This document shows positions 40,813-49,631 of a stretch of DNA of 49,631 nucleotides, piece after piece; position 1 is the stretch's first letter; each line of letters opens with the position of its first letter. The notes beneath the pieces were generated by a model. It saw only the letters and a program-made list of their open reading frames with translations. It was not told where the DNA came from and did not search any database. Made by a program: the position numbers and the translations under genes. Origin of the DNA: Promethearchaeota archaeon (GTDB lineage: Archaea > Asgardarchaeota > Lokiarchaeia > Sigyniarchaeales > SOKP01); contig JALGVJ010000028.1 of the NCBI GenBank assembly GCA_029838195.1, positions 1 through 49,631 of the forward strand. Direction: 5' to 3'.

Positions 40813-41985
40813 TTGGGTTATATATATGGCATCTTAGGAGCTGGGCGGCAAGGTACAGCTGCAGCCTATGATATGGGAAAATGGGGTGAAGCGGAAAAAA
40901 TTAAGATTGGAGATTTAAATTTAGAAAATGCAAAGCGCGCATGTGAAAGAGTTAATGATTTATTAGGTGCTAACATTGGAGAACCATGTAAGGTGGACGT
41001 GACAAAAAAAGAAGAAGTTATCAGCATGTTAAAAAATGTTGATTCTTTTTTAAGCGCCGTTCCCTATTATTATAATTTAGATATCGCCAAGTGGGCAATT
41101 GAGGCGGGAGCTTCCATGTGCGATTTAGGTGGAAATACTAATATCGTGAGGGAGCAACTAAAATTGGATTCGGAAGCAAAAAAAGCTGGAATTAGTATTG
41201 TTCCTGATTGCGGTCAAGTTCCCGGAATGGGTACTTCATTATGTATGTACGCCATGAGTTTATTGGATGATCCTCGGGACGTATACATGTGGGATGGAGG
41301 GTTACCTCAACATCCAAAACCCCCTTTTAATTATCTCCTTACTTTTAACATTGAAGGATTAACTAATGAGTACGCCGAGCCAACAATATTCATTCGGGAG
41401 GGAAAATTAGTTGAGATTCAACCTCTTGAAGAATTAGAGGAAATTGATTTTCCTCCTCCAATTGGCAAGTTGGAAGCTTTTACAACGGGTGGAGGAACTT
41501 CTACCGCCCCGTTTACATTTGAAGGAAAGTTAAGAACCTATCAAAATAAGACCGTGCGATATCCGGGACATTATCACCAATTAAGAGCTTATTGGGATCT
41601 AGGATTATTTGATCTAACACCTATCACCATTAATGGAAACAAAATAGTTCCTAGAAAGGTGTTTCACGCTCTTTTCGAACCAAAAGTTAACATTCCAGGA
41701 GAAAAAGATTTAGTCCTCATTCGAGTTAAATGTTTAGGAAAAAAAAATGGGAAAGATCATGAGATCTCCCTCGAATTAATTGATTATCATGATGATAAAA
41801 CGGGCTTTACAGCAATGGAAAGAACAACGGGCTGGGATGCGTCTATCGTAGCAATCTTAATGGCTCATGGAAAGATTAAAAAAGGCGCAATTCCCGTTGA
41901 ACTTGCCGTTCCGGGAAAAGTTTTTTTCGAAGAATTAGTCAAGAGAGGATTTGAAATTTCTGTAAAAATTACGGAAATAATTTAA
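40813..41985 (+). CDS. Saccharopine dehydrogenase / lysine 6-dehydrogenase-like oxidoreductase
   Basis: GAGRQG, DLGG, DCGQVPG, GGLP, GLTNEY, KTVRYPGH, AMERTTG. Confidence 0.88.
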   Translation: MGYIYGILGAGRQGTAAAYDMGKWGEAEKIKIGDLNLENAKRACERVNDLLGANIGEPCKVDVTKKEEVISMLKNVDSFLSAVPYYYNLDIAKWAIEAGASMCDLGGNTNIVREQLKLDSEAKKAGISIVPDCGQVPGMGTSLCMYAMSLLDDPRDVYMWDGGLPQHPKPPFNYLLTFNIEGLTNEYAEPTIFIREGKLVEIQPLEELEEIDFPPPIGKLEAFTTGGGTSTAPFTFEGKLRTYQNKTVRYPGHYHQLRAYWDLGLFDLTPITINGNKIVPRKVFHALFEPKVNIPGEKDLVLIRVKCLGKKNGKDHEISLELIDYHDDKTGFTAMERTTGWDASIVAILMAHGKIKKGAIPVELAVPGKVFFEELVKRGFEISVKITEII

Positions 41986-42104
41986 TTGCGAATAAAAAAC
42001 GTAAATTTTTTTAAAAGAATTTTCTTATTAATCAGAATCCATAAATATTTTAATATACTTTTTACTATTCTTCAATATTCTTTTTTTAGAATATAAAAAG
42101 GTGA

Positions 42105-43580
42105 GTGCTTTTGTCAGATAAATATAGAAGAAAATTTCACAGCGACGAATTAATTGCTACATTCGATGATATTCTTATCTTACCCGGATACACTTATTTT
42201 AATCCAAATGAAGTGAATATTTCTTCCAAGTTAGGCAAACACGTATTTAATACACCAATCTTTTCGGCGGCAATGGATAGTGTTACAGAAGAATTAATGG
42301 CAATTCAGATGGCACTTTTAGGAGGAATGGGCGTCATTCATCGTAATTGCACCCATGAACGACAATTAGAAATGGTGAAAATGGTAAAAAGAGCACGTTC
42401 TTTCGTGGTGGAAGATGTCGCAACGATACATCTCGAAGAGCCCGTATCTAAAGCTAAGTACATGATGGAAAATTATGGGATCAGCGGTCTCGTTGTATTG
42501 AACAACTTGAAAAAAGTTTGTGGAATAATTACCAAGAGAGATATACCCTTTATCGATAGTAGTCTTAAAAATGGAAAAGTTAAAGATTTCATGACTAAAG
42601 ACGTGATTTCAATATCGCCTAATGCTTCTCGTGAAGAAGCCTTGGACGTTCTCTTTCGGCATCGTATTGAAAAATTGCCAATTATTGACAAGGAAGGATA
42701 TCTAAAAGGATTAATTACTAAAAAAGATTTAACCCCAGAATTTCCTCTTGCTTCAAAAGATGAGGAAGGACATTTACTCTGTGCTCTTGCTTTATCTCCA
42801 AAATTTCCAGAATCGCTGGAAGTCCAAAAGAAGCTAATGGAAATAGATAAGTATGTCGATTATTTTTTCATCGATGTCGCAGACTTCTATAAAGAACAAG
42901 ATATTCGCGCCACTAAAAAATTAATGGAGCTTTTGGAATCAGATTTTGTACTCGGTAATATTGGAACTTATAAGGCGGCCGAACATTTAATTACCAAATG
43001 TGATTTTTTAGAAGATAAATTTGTAGGCGTGAAAGTTGGAATGGGTTCCGGCTCTATATGCACGACCTCCATACAAACTGGAGTAGGGGCACCTACATTA
43101 TTTGCAACTGCACAAGTTGCTGATGCTATTGAAGAATACAATCCTAATATAAGTTTAATTGCTGATGGGGGTTTTAAAATTCCTGGAGATCTTCCCAAGG
43201 CGATAACTGCGGGTGCTGATTTCATAATGTCTGGACATTTCTTTGCGGGATGTACAGAAAGTCCAGGATATATAGATACAATTCAAGGCCGTAAAGTTAA
43301 AGTATATCGGGGCATGGGTTCTAAAGAAGCACGTAGTGCGGGATATGTTGCGGATCGCTATATCGAAGATTCTAAAATGCTCCCAGAAGGCGTTAGTGAT
43401 TACGTGCCTTTCGTAGGAGATGTAGCTGGAGTCTTATCCTCATTGAAAGAAGGATTAAGAAATGGAATGATTTATGCGGGAGCCAAAACTATTTCAGAGA
43501 TGAAAAATGCTGAAATTGGATTCATCTCCGTGGTAGGATATGGGGAAGCTAAACCTCATGATTTAATTGGTAAATATTAA
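42105..43580 (+). CDS. guaB: IMP dehydrogenase with CBS pair
   Basis: TFDDILILP, SAAMDSVT, IHRN, GSGSICTT, IADGG, YRGMGS, PEGV. Confidence 0.92.
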   Translation: MLLSDKYRRKFHSDELIATFDDILILPGYTYFNPNEVNISSKLGKHVFNTPIFSAAMDSVTEELMAIQMALLGGMGVIHRNCTHERQLEMVKMVKRARSFVVEDVATIHLEEPVSKAKYMMENYGISGLVVLNNLKKVCGIITKRDIPFIDSSLKNGKVKDFMTKDVISISPNASREEALDVLFRHRIEKLPIIDKEGYLKGLITKKDLTPEFPLASKDEEGHLLCALALSPKFPESLEVQKKLMEIDKYVDYFFIDVADFYKEQDIRATKKLMELLESDFVLGNIGTYKAAEHLITKCDFLEDKFVGVKVGMGSGSICTTSIQTGVGAPTLFATAQVADAIEEYNPNISLIADGGFKIPGDLPKAITAGADFIMSGHFFAGCTESPGYIDTIQGRKVKVYRGMGSKEARSAGYVADRYIEDSKMLPEGVSDYVPFVGDVAGVLSSLKEGLRNGMIYAGAKTISEMKNAEIGFISVVGYGEAKPHDLIGKY

Positions 43581-43743
43581 CTTATATTGATTTATTCAAA
43601 TCAAGGAATTAAACCTATTAAACTCGGGTTAAAGATTCTTAATTGATATTATCTTATTAAATAGCAATTAAGAAGTTTTTAACTAAATTTCATGTTTTCT
43701 TCACATGATAAAACATTAATGAAATAATAAAAGAAAAATTTAT

Positions 43744-45348
43744 ATGAAAAGAATAGAACGTGCTATAATTAGCGTATATGATAAAACTGGAATAAAAGAA
43801 TTCGCAAAAACTCTCGTGAATGAATTTAATATAGAAATCCTTTCAACGGGTGGAACAGGAGCGCTTCTTGAGAAAAATAACATACCATATGTTAAGATTT
43901 CTGAATATACAAGCTCTCCAGAACTTTTTGAGGGCCGTGTCAAAACATTACACCCTAAAATTGCTGGTGGAATTTTATTTCGAAGAGATTTAGAAAAAGA
44001 TATCAAGGACTCAATTGAAAATAATATTCCTCCAATAGACATGGTCGTATGTAATTTATATCCTTTTAAACAAACTATTTCAAGACCAGATGTCACGTTA
44101 AAAGAGGCGATAGAGATGATTGATATAGGAGGCCCTACTATGATAAGAGCCGCAGCAAAAAATTACCATCATGTTGTCGTAGTTCCTGCTCCCGCATGTT
44201 ATTCTCAAATTATTGATGAATTGAGAAAAAATGATGGCATAATTCCGGAAAAATTAAGAGTAGAATTAGCTATTAAGGCTTTTAGCTTAATAACGGATTA
44301 TAATTCAACCATCACTAATTTTCTCTTAAGCTCCTATCATCCCTCTGAAATGTTTAAACCCGTGATGTTCAAGACATATCAAAAAGTTTCCGATTTACGC
44401 TACGGTGAGAATTGGGATCAAAGAGCAGCTTACTATAGAGATCTGGCCAGTAACCATGGTTTATTTGATTTTAAGCAATTACATGGAAAAGATTTGTCTT
44501 TTAATAATTATTTAGATATTGATTCTTGCATTCAGATTCTTTTAGATTTTGGCATTAAAAACCATGTAACTACGATTATTAAACATACTTCTCCGAATGG
44601 TGTTGCCATGGATGAGCAAGATCAATTGATTTCCGTGAAAAAAGCATTTAGTACAGATCCTTTATCTGCTTTTGGAGGTATTTGGGGTTTTAATTCAATG
44701 CTAACCGAAGAAGTAGCTAATTACATTGTAAATGAAGAAAAAGTATTTTTAGAAGTGATAATGGCACCTTCTTATGAATCAAAAGCAATAGAAATATTAA
44801 AGCAAAAGAAAAACTTGATTATCTTGGAATTTGGTGATTTTCTTGAAAAAAGGAGTGAAATTTATTCCAATCCCGAATTAAGAAGCGTTCTTGGAGGTGT
44901 TGTAGTTCAAGAATATGATCATAAACCCGTGGTTAAAGAATGGAACGTGGTAAGCAAGAAAAAAATTAATGAAGAAGATAAAAAAGCTTTAATTTTTGCT
45001 TATAAAGTATCTAAATGGGCAAAATCAAATTCTGCTTGTTTTGCTCAAATTTATGATACGGGAATTTATACTATAGGAATTGGTGCCGGGCAACAGAGTC
45101 GAGTTCACGTGATAGAGTTAGCCGTGCGGAAAGCCAAGCAATTTGGGCATGAAAAAGCTTTAATTCATTCATATTTAGGAACAGATTCTTTCTTTCCCTT
45201 TCCTGATGGGCTGGAAGTAGCTGTAAAAGCTGGTGCTAAGGCAATCATAAATCCCGGGGGTTCTATTAGAGATGATTTAGTAATACATAAAGCTGATGAA
45301 TTAAATTGTGCATTAGTCTTTTGTGGAAAGAGAGTTTTTCGCCATTAA
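43744..45348 (+). CDS. purH: Bifunctional AICAR formyltransferase / IMP cyclohydrolase
   Basis: ISVYDKTG, GRVKTLHP, IDIGG, LRYGEN, KHTSP, GAGQQSR, PGGSIRD, RVFRH. Confidence 0.95.
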   Translation: MKRIERAIISVYDKTGIKEFAKTLVNEFNIEILSTGGTGALLEKNNIPYVKISEYTSSPELFEGRVKTLHPKIAGGILFRRDLEKDIKDSIENNIPPIDMVVCNLYPFKQTISRPDVTLKEAIEMIDIGGPTMIRAAAKNYHHVVVVPAPACYSQIIDELRKNDGIIPEKLRVELAIKAFSLITDYNSTITNFLLSSYHPSEMFKPVMFKTYQKVSDLRYGENWDQRAAYYRDLASNHGLFDFKQLHGKDLSFNNYLDIDSCIQILLDFGIKNHVTTIIKHTSPNGVAMDEQDQLISVKKAFSTDPLSAFGGIWGFNSMLTEEVANYIVNEEKVFLEVIMAPSYESKAIEILKQKKNLIILEFGDFLEKRSEIYSNPELRSVLGGVVVQEYDHKPVVKEWNVVSKKKINEEDKKALIFAYKVSKWAKSNSACFAQIYDTGIYTIGIGAGQQSRVHVIELAVRKAKQFGHEKALIHSYLGTDSFFPFPDGLEVAVKAGAKAIINPGGSIRDDLVIHKADELNCALVFCGKRVFRH

Positions 45349-45634
45349 TATTTAGTTCTAGGTGGTTTTTAAAAATGGTGCTTATTTTCTTTTTTTTATT
45401 AAAAATAAGTTAATATATAACAGATATTAACGATTTCATGCTTGTATTTCGAAATTTGAAGAATATATTCCTTCCATTCATGGTTGTTAGGGCTTCTTAT
45501 AAAATGAAAAAAAGTTTATAAATAAAAAAATATAATTGTGTTTATAGCAAGAAAATAAATCAAATCTGATTCCATAGTTCCTAAGAGGAAATAATTGAAT
45601 ATTTGACATAATTCATCGTAGGATTTCTTGAAAA

Positions 45635-45931
45635 ATGGATTTTTTTTTAAAAAATTTAGAAGAAACGCTTGAAGCGATTAATAAATTAATAGAGAATTCC
45701 GTATATGTAGTTAATACTAAAAAGATTAGAAGATGTAATAACATTAAATCTTCTAATCGGTCAAAAATTAATTTCATATGGAGATCTCTTAAATATCTTG
45801 AAAATTTGGGAATATTGGAAAGAAATGGAGCTCAATATCCCGTGAATTATAAAATAAAGGCTACGGAAAAAATAAATATTTCTAAATTCTTAGATAAAAT
45901 CAAAAATGAGAGGAAGAATTCTGAAATCTAG
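45635..45931 (+). CDS. Small basic hypothetical protein, winged-helix-like
   Basis: 98-aa ORF; IWRSLKYLENLGILE..Y helix-wing pattern. Confidence 0.6.
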   Translation: MDFFLKNLEETLEAINKLIENSVYVVNTKKIRRCNNIKSSNRSKINFIWRSLKYLENLGILERNGAQYPVNYKIKATEKINISKFLDKIKNERKNSEI

Positions 45932-45962
45932 TTTTACAAATTAATATTATTATTTTTATTCT

Positions 45963-48689
45963 TTATTTCATGCAGAGTTCTTCTAGTAAAGATTCATATT
46001 TCTCTTTCAGACCCTCATTATTCTTATCGTGAATCATCCGTTTCTGATAATATATGATATTTGGATACTTAATCTCGAGTTCATTAAAGATTTTTACCCA
46101 CTCTTTAAAATTTTCCAAGTATTCTACCACTTCGGGCTCATCTTTGAAATATTTAATATCTTCATTCTCATCAAAAGATAAAAATGAACGATATTTTTTT
46201 GGTCTGACTCCTTGAGCGATTAATAATTCTCTGGAGGCTTTCATTAAGAATGAATCTATTGTACTCCTCCATCTTACAATATTTTCATTCATTCGGTCAA
46301 TAATTTCTTGAATTTGTTTTATCTCTTGGGGAAATATAGTTTGATTTCTTTTAGTTAAAATCGCTTTAACCACGCTAAACTCATCATTAAATTTATTCAT
46401 ATAATCATTAATTAGTTTTTGAAATTGGTAAATATACGAATTATAATCCCTCGCAAATAAAACTTCATTACTTGAAAACGTTAAGGTATCTTCATCAAAA
46501 TTTCCTTTTAATATCTTTTTCTTGCGAAGGTCATTAAAAATTTCTTGCAAAATTTGGATCTCTTCTTCGGATAATTCTTTATTATAAAATAAGTCATGAA
46601 AAGAGAACAAAAAGCTGTTTTCTAAGATTAATTTTTTAATGCCTTTTTCAGTATAAAATAATTCTTCATCTTCACTTTGATAAAATAAACCCTTTATTTC
46701 TTGTTCCCGTATTAAATCTTCGATTAATTTTTTTACTAAATTTGGACTCACTTCAAATTGATTGAGGGCTAAATAATTTTCTGAGCGGCACTTTTCAATA
46801 ATTTCGTTTTTAAGTTCCTTTTCCGCTTCTTTTATTTTCCTTTGGTTCATGATCAATAGATCTCCTTTAAGTAGATAATTGATGTCAAAATCTTCTAAAA
46901 AGGTTAAAAATTTTGATTCTTCCATCCCTGTTTTTTCTAAATATTCTTTAATCGAAATTTGGCCCTTACTTTGCAATTCTTGACCAATGAGTTGTAAATT
47001 TTCGTTGATTTTAACTTCGAGATCTTCTATTCCGATATTTAATTCTTTTGCTAACTGCCGGATTTTTTCATTTATCATTCCCCTTTCAGAGCTTAATTTA
47101 ATTTCTTGAATTTTTTGATTTATATATTTTGAATAATAAAAAATCTCCTTATTTATATCATAAAGCCCGCTTCGCTTATCAATGTATAATTCAAATATTT
47201 CTAATAATAATAAAGGATTAATTTCTAACTTTTTTGAAATGCGTGGAATTTCGAAAAAACCTAAGATTTTTGAATTTTCTATTTCTTTTTCAATTCTAAT
47301 TTTTCCTAAGTTTGTTAACCACGTTGTTCCTTTATGATGGGAGGTAATATAATCTCTTGGTAAATTCTTTATCAATTTAATGAATGAATGATCTTGTAAT
47401 TTTTCTCGATATTCCTTTAAATCTATTGAACTAACTTTCGGAGCCATTAAATTTATTTGTTCTTTAATTTTTTCTAAGGAATAATATCTTTTTTCTCCTT
47501 TTCCGACTAAAATAAAGTCTTTTTTATCGTGAATAATTTCCCTAAAAGTCTTGAGCAGGAAAGAGCCGGGTAAATAGTTAAATTCATTCAAATCTAAATA
47601 TCCCTTGTTAGAAAACGCTTGTTCCACTTTTTTTCTAATAAACGCTTGCGAATAAAAATTTCCGAGCTCAGATAAATAACCTATTATGAAGCCTAATTTT
47701 GTCAATGTCTTTATAAAATTGCTCAATTCCCGTTTAGTAAGTAGTACATGAAAGGTTTTCATTAATTCTTTTCGAGAAAATTTTTTCTCCCTTGAGAAAT
47801 AATTCAGCAATTTTTTCTTTTCAAATTGTAAAAAAATAGTTTTCTTTTTCTCTTTATCGAGAAAATATAAAAAAATAAGATCATCTTTCTTTACATGGGC
47901 CTTGAATTGAGCCAAGAAATCCTTAAAATTTCCATTATCTCCTCGTTTTGTTCCAAATTCTAAACGTGTCATTATGAAATGATTCTTCAAATAATTGATT
48001 AAATCCTCTTTAGTCATGTTTTCAAAATTAAGGTTTTTCCTTGTTCTATAAAACTTATTAATTAGAGTAAGGATAAGTAAAGATAGTGGACTCACTATAT
48101 CTTTTGCTTGACGTGAAATTAAACCTATTAATAAATTTCTTAATTTTAAGAGATTCTCGAATTTTAATCGTGGTAATCTCGATAAGTAGGTAAGTAGCGA
48201 TTTGGTATTTTCCTCATTTTTTTCCATTAATAAAGAATTTATTAAAAGATCTTCCTGCAATAATTCAAGTTCTTCCGTTTTATCTAATATTTCTGTTAAA
48301 AAATAATGAACGTTTATGCGTACATCTTCCGAAGGGTCTTCTAAATGTTTTAATAATATTGAGAAGTTTTCTTTCAAATGTTTTTGGTCATGTAAGATAT
48401 GAAAACCTAAAATCAAAATTACGTTAATTCTTATTTTTTCCTCCTTTTTTTCTAATAATGGAATCAAGTCCTTTATTAATGAATTGGTAATAAATTTGGG
48501 ATATCGTTCAGCAATAATGCTCAAAATGTAAGTGATCGGTACTAAATCTCTTTCCTCTTTTAAAAGTTTTTCTAAGACATTGATCTGTTTTAATACCTTA
48601 CTCTCATTTCCTTTTAGAAGATTTTTTTCTAATTTCTTAACAATTGGATATAAGTTAGAATATTGCTCAAAATCATCTGTTTCAAACAT
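45963..48689 (-). CDS. HEAT/ARM-repeat N-terminus plus tandem winged-helix repeats (PCI/UFL1-like)
   Basis: HLEDPSEDVR HEAT signature; recurring units such as LGFIIGYL..FYSQ, QEIKGLFY..FYTE, ILKGNFD..FSS. Confidence 0.65.
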   Translation of the reverse strand: MFETDDFEQYSNLYPIVKKLEKNLLKGNESKVLKQINVLEKLLKEERDLVPITYILSIIAERYPKFITNSLIKDLIPLLEKKEEKIRINVILILGFHILHDQKHLKENFSILLKHLEDPSEDVRINVHYFLTEILDKTEELELLQEDLLINSLLMEKNEENTKSLLTYLSRLPRLKFENLLKLRNLLIGLISRQAKDIVSPLSLLILTLINKFYRTRKNLNFENMTKEDLINYLKNHFIMTRLEFGTKRGDNGNFKDFLAQFKAHVKKDDLIFLYFLDKEKKKTIFLQFEKKKLLNYFSREKKFSRKELMKTFHVLLTKRELSNFIKTLTKLGFIIGYLSELGNFYSQAFIRKKVEQAFSNKGYLDLNEFNYLPGSFLLKTFREIIHDKKDFILVGKGEKRYYSLEKIKEQINLMAPKVSSIDLKEYREKLQDHSFIKLIKNLPRDYITSHHKGTTWLTNLGKIRIEKEIENSKILGFFEIPRISKKLEINPLLLLEIFELYIDKRSGLYDINKEIFYYSKYINQKIQEIKLSSERGMINEKIRQLAKELNIGIEDLEVKINENLQLIGQELQSKGQISIKEYLEKTGMEESKFLTFLEDFDINYLLKGDLLIMNQRKIKEAEKELKNEIIEKCRSENYLALNQFEVSPNLVKKLIEDLIREQEIKGLFYQSEDEELFYTEKGIKKLILENSFLFSFHDLFYNKELSEEEIQILQEIFNDLRKKKILKGNFDEDTLTFSSNEVLFARDYNSYIYQFQKLINDYMNKFNDEFSVVKAILTKRNQTIFPQEIKQIQEIIDRMNENIVRWRSTIDSFLMKASRELLIAQGVRPKKYRSFLSFDENEDIKYFKDEPEVVEYLENFKEWVKIFNELEIKYPNIIYYQKRMIHDKNNEGLKEKYESLLEELCMK

Positions 48690-49129
48690 TTTCTATTCAT
48701 TTAAGTTAATTTAACCTAAAGAATTTTTTTAAATGTTGAAAAAATTTGAAATTCGAGAATTTCTAACCAATTGATTAATCAGCGTTGATATATATTACCC
48801 CTTCCAACATTCTTGGCTACAACATTTTAAAAATGTTATAAAAAAGATGTTTCATGCCATGCTTTTTAAAAGATGAGAAAAGTTGATGTAATTTTAGAAT
48901 TGTAAATCAATAATCATCTTTATTGAAATCATGGAGGGTATAAGAACAATTAAATGGCATGAGACGAAATGTTCTATATTAGATTTAATATAAATCCATC
49001 TTAGATTGTAAAAATAAAGGAGTGAGGTATTCATCATGTTACTCAATTATTTTATTGGGACGGAGGGTACCTTAACGGGCGCATTAAAGGATTACTTGAT
49101 GAATAGAGATCCCGAGGTTTCAGCAATAA

Positions 49130-49631
49130 CCTCCTGAAGTAAATTTTACCATTTCCGTGGTAGCAAATGAAACCATAATCATTCATCAGGAAGCCTTCAC
49201 CTTTGAGATCCACCACTTCTTGCATTTTTGGGACGTTGCACTCGTGCGAAATGGTTCTTGCGTGTCGCTCTCTCTTAACGTGTCTTTAGACGCTAATGGG
49301 ATCGCAATTAATCTTACCGAAACCTCCGTGCGTGCGGAGTTTTATCGGAATCAAGAGCTACTTGAAAACAAAGCCGCCAATCTCACGCACCACGAGAATT
49401 ATAGCGAGGTGATAGTTTTGCATGAAGCGTCTCCTTCCTTCTTTGCCCTCTTTAGGGAGGGCAAGCCCATCTGGTTGGGACTCCCCATCTATTCGCCGTC
49501 TCAAGCCCGAGCATTTCATGACATTATTCGGGGCAACCAAAAAACGACCAGGCGAAAAGGCACGTTCTGGTTTCGGCTCCTTCCCAGCCAGAAGATCGTG
49601 GCCTGCATTCGTCGGGGCGCTGAAGTGCGCG
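49130..49631 (+). pseudogene. GC-richer open frame running off the window; fragment or mosaic of unknown gene(s)
   Basis: Stop-free from 49130 to the end (first GTG 49157), preceded by a 33-aa ORF 49036-49137 with SD in another frame. Confidence 0.35.

Noticed and set aside
1636-48714. Short antisense ORFs in the track (e.g. 8222-8650, 16592-17041, 27245-27760, 30475-30891)
   Set aside because: Shadow frames of well-supported genes; the duplicated ones simply mirror the ATPase paralogy.
49135-49137. TGA ending the 33-aa ORF at 49036 as possible Sec
   Set aside because: Further TGA stops follow soon, there is no recognisable motif, and no SECIS is seen.
49358-49540. 60-aa minus-strand ORF
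   Set aside because: No motifs; it overlaps a longer plus-strand open frame.

Overview
AT-rich archaeal chromosomal segment with about 38 CDS. Gene content (RadA with a Rad51-like Walker A, roadblock/LC7, JAMM + helical-repeat protein, long 23-residue LRR protein, large membrane-anchored surface protein, HEAT/winged-helix repeat protein, AOR) points to an Asgard archaeon, most likely Lokiarchaeia (inference). Most genes are housekeeping or metabolic (thrC-like, lysC, pgi-like, guaB, purH, acdB, two tandem P2A Ca-ATPases). No rRNA, tRNA or CRISPR array was seen. Top finding: the 87-aa ORF at 31883 is the C-terminal part of a 130-aa HesB/IscA-like reading frame (TTG 31754, in-frame TGA 31877-31879). 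It is followed 3 nt after its TAA by a eukaryote-type SECIS hairpin (ATGA-N11-AAA...GA), so it is a candidate unannotated selenoprotein. Second candidate system: a threonine-synthase-like PLP protein fused to a winged-HTH lies next to an HmpT/PdxU2-like ECF S-component whose promoter carries two tandem palindromic operators, suggesting a vitamin-B6-sensing regulon. Other signals are two probable AUU start codons, a frameshifted IS1634 transposase 5' end, gene-conversion tracts between the ATPase paralogues, and a Zn-finger/acidic extension on RadA.
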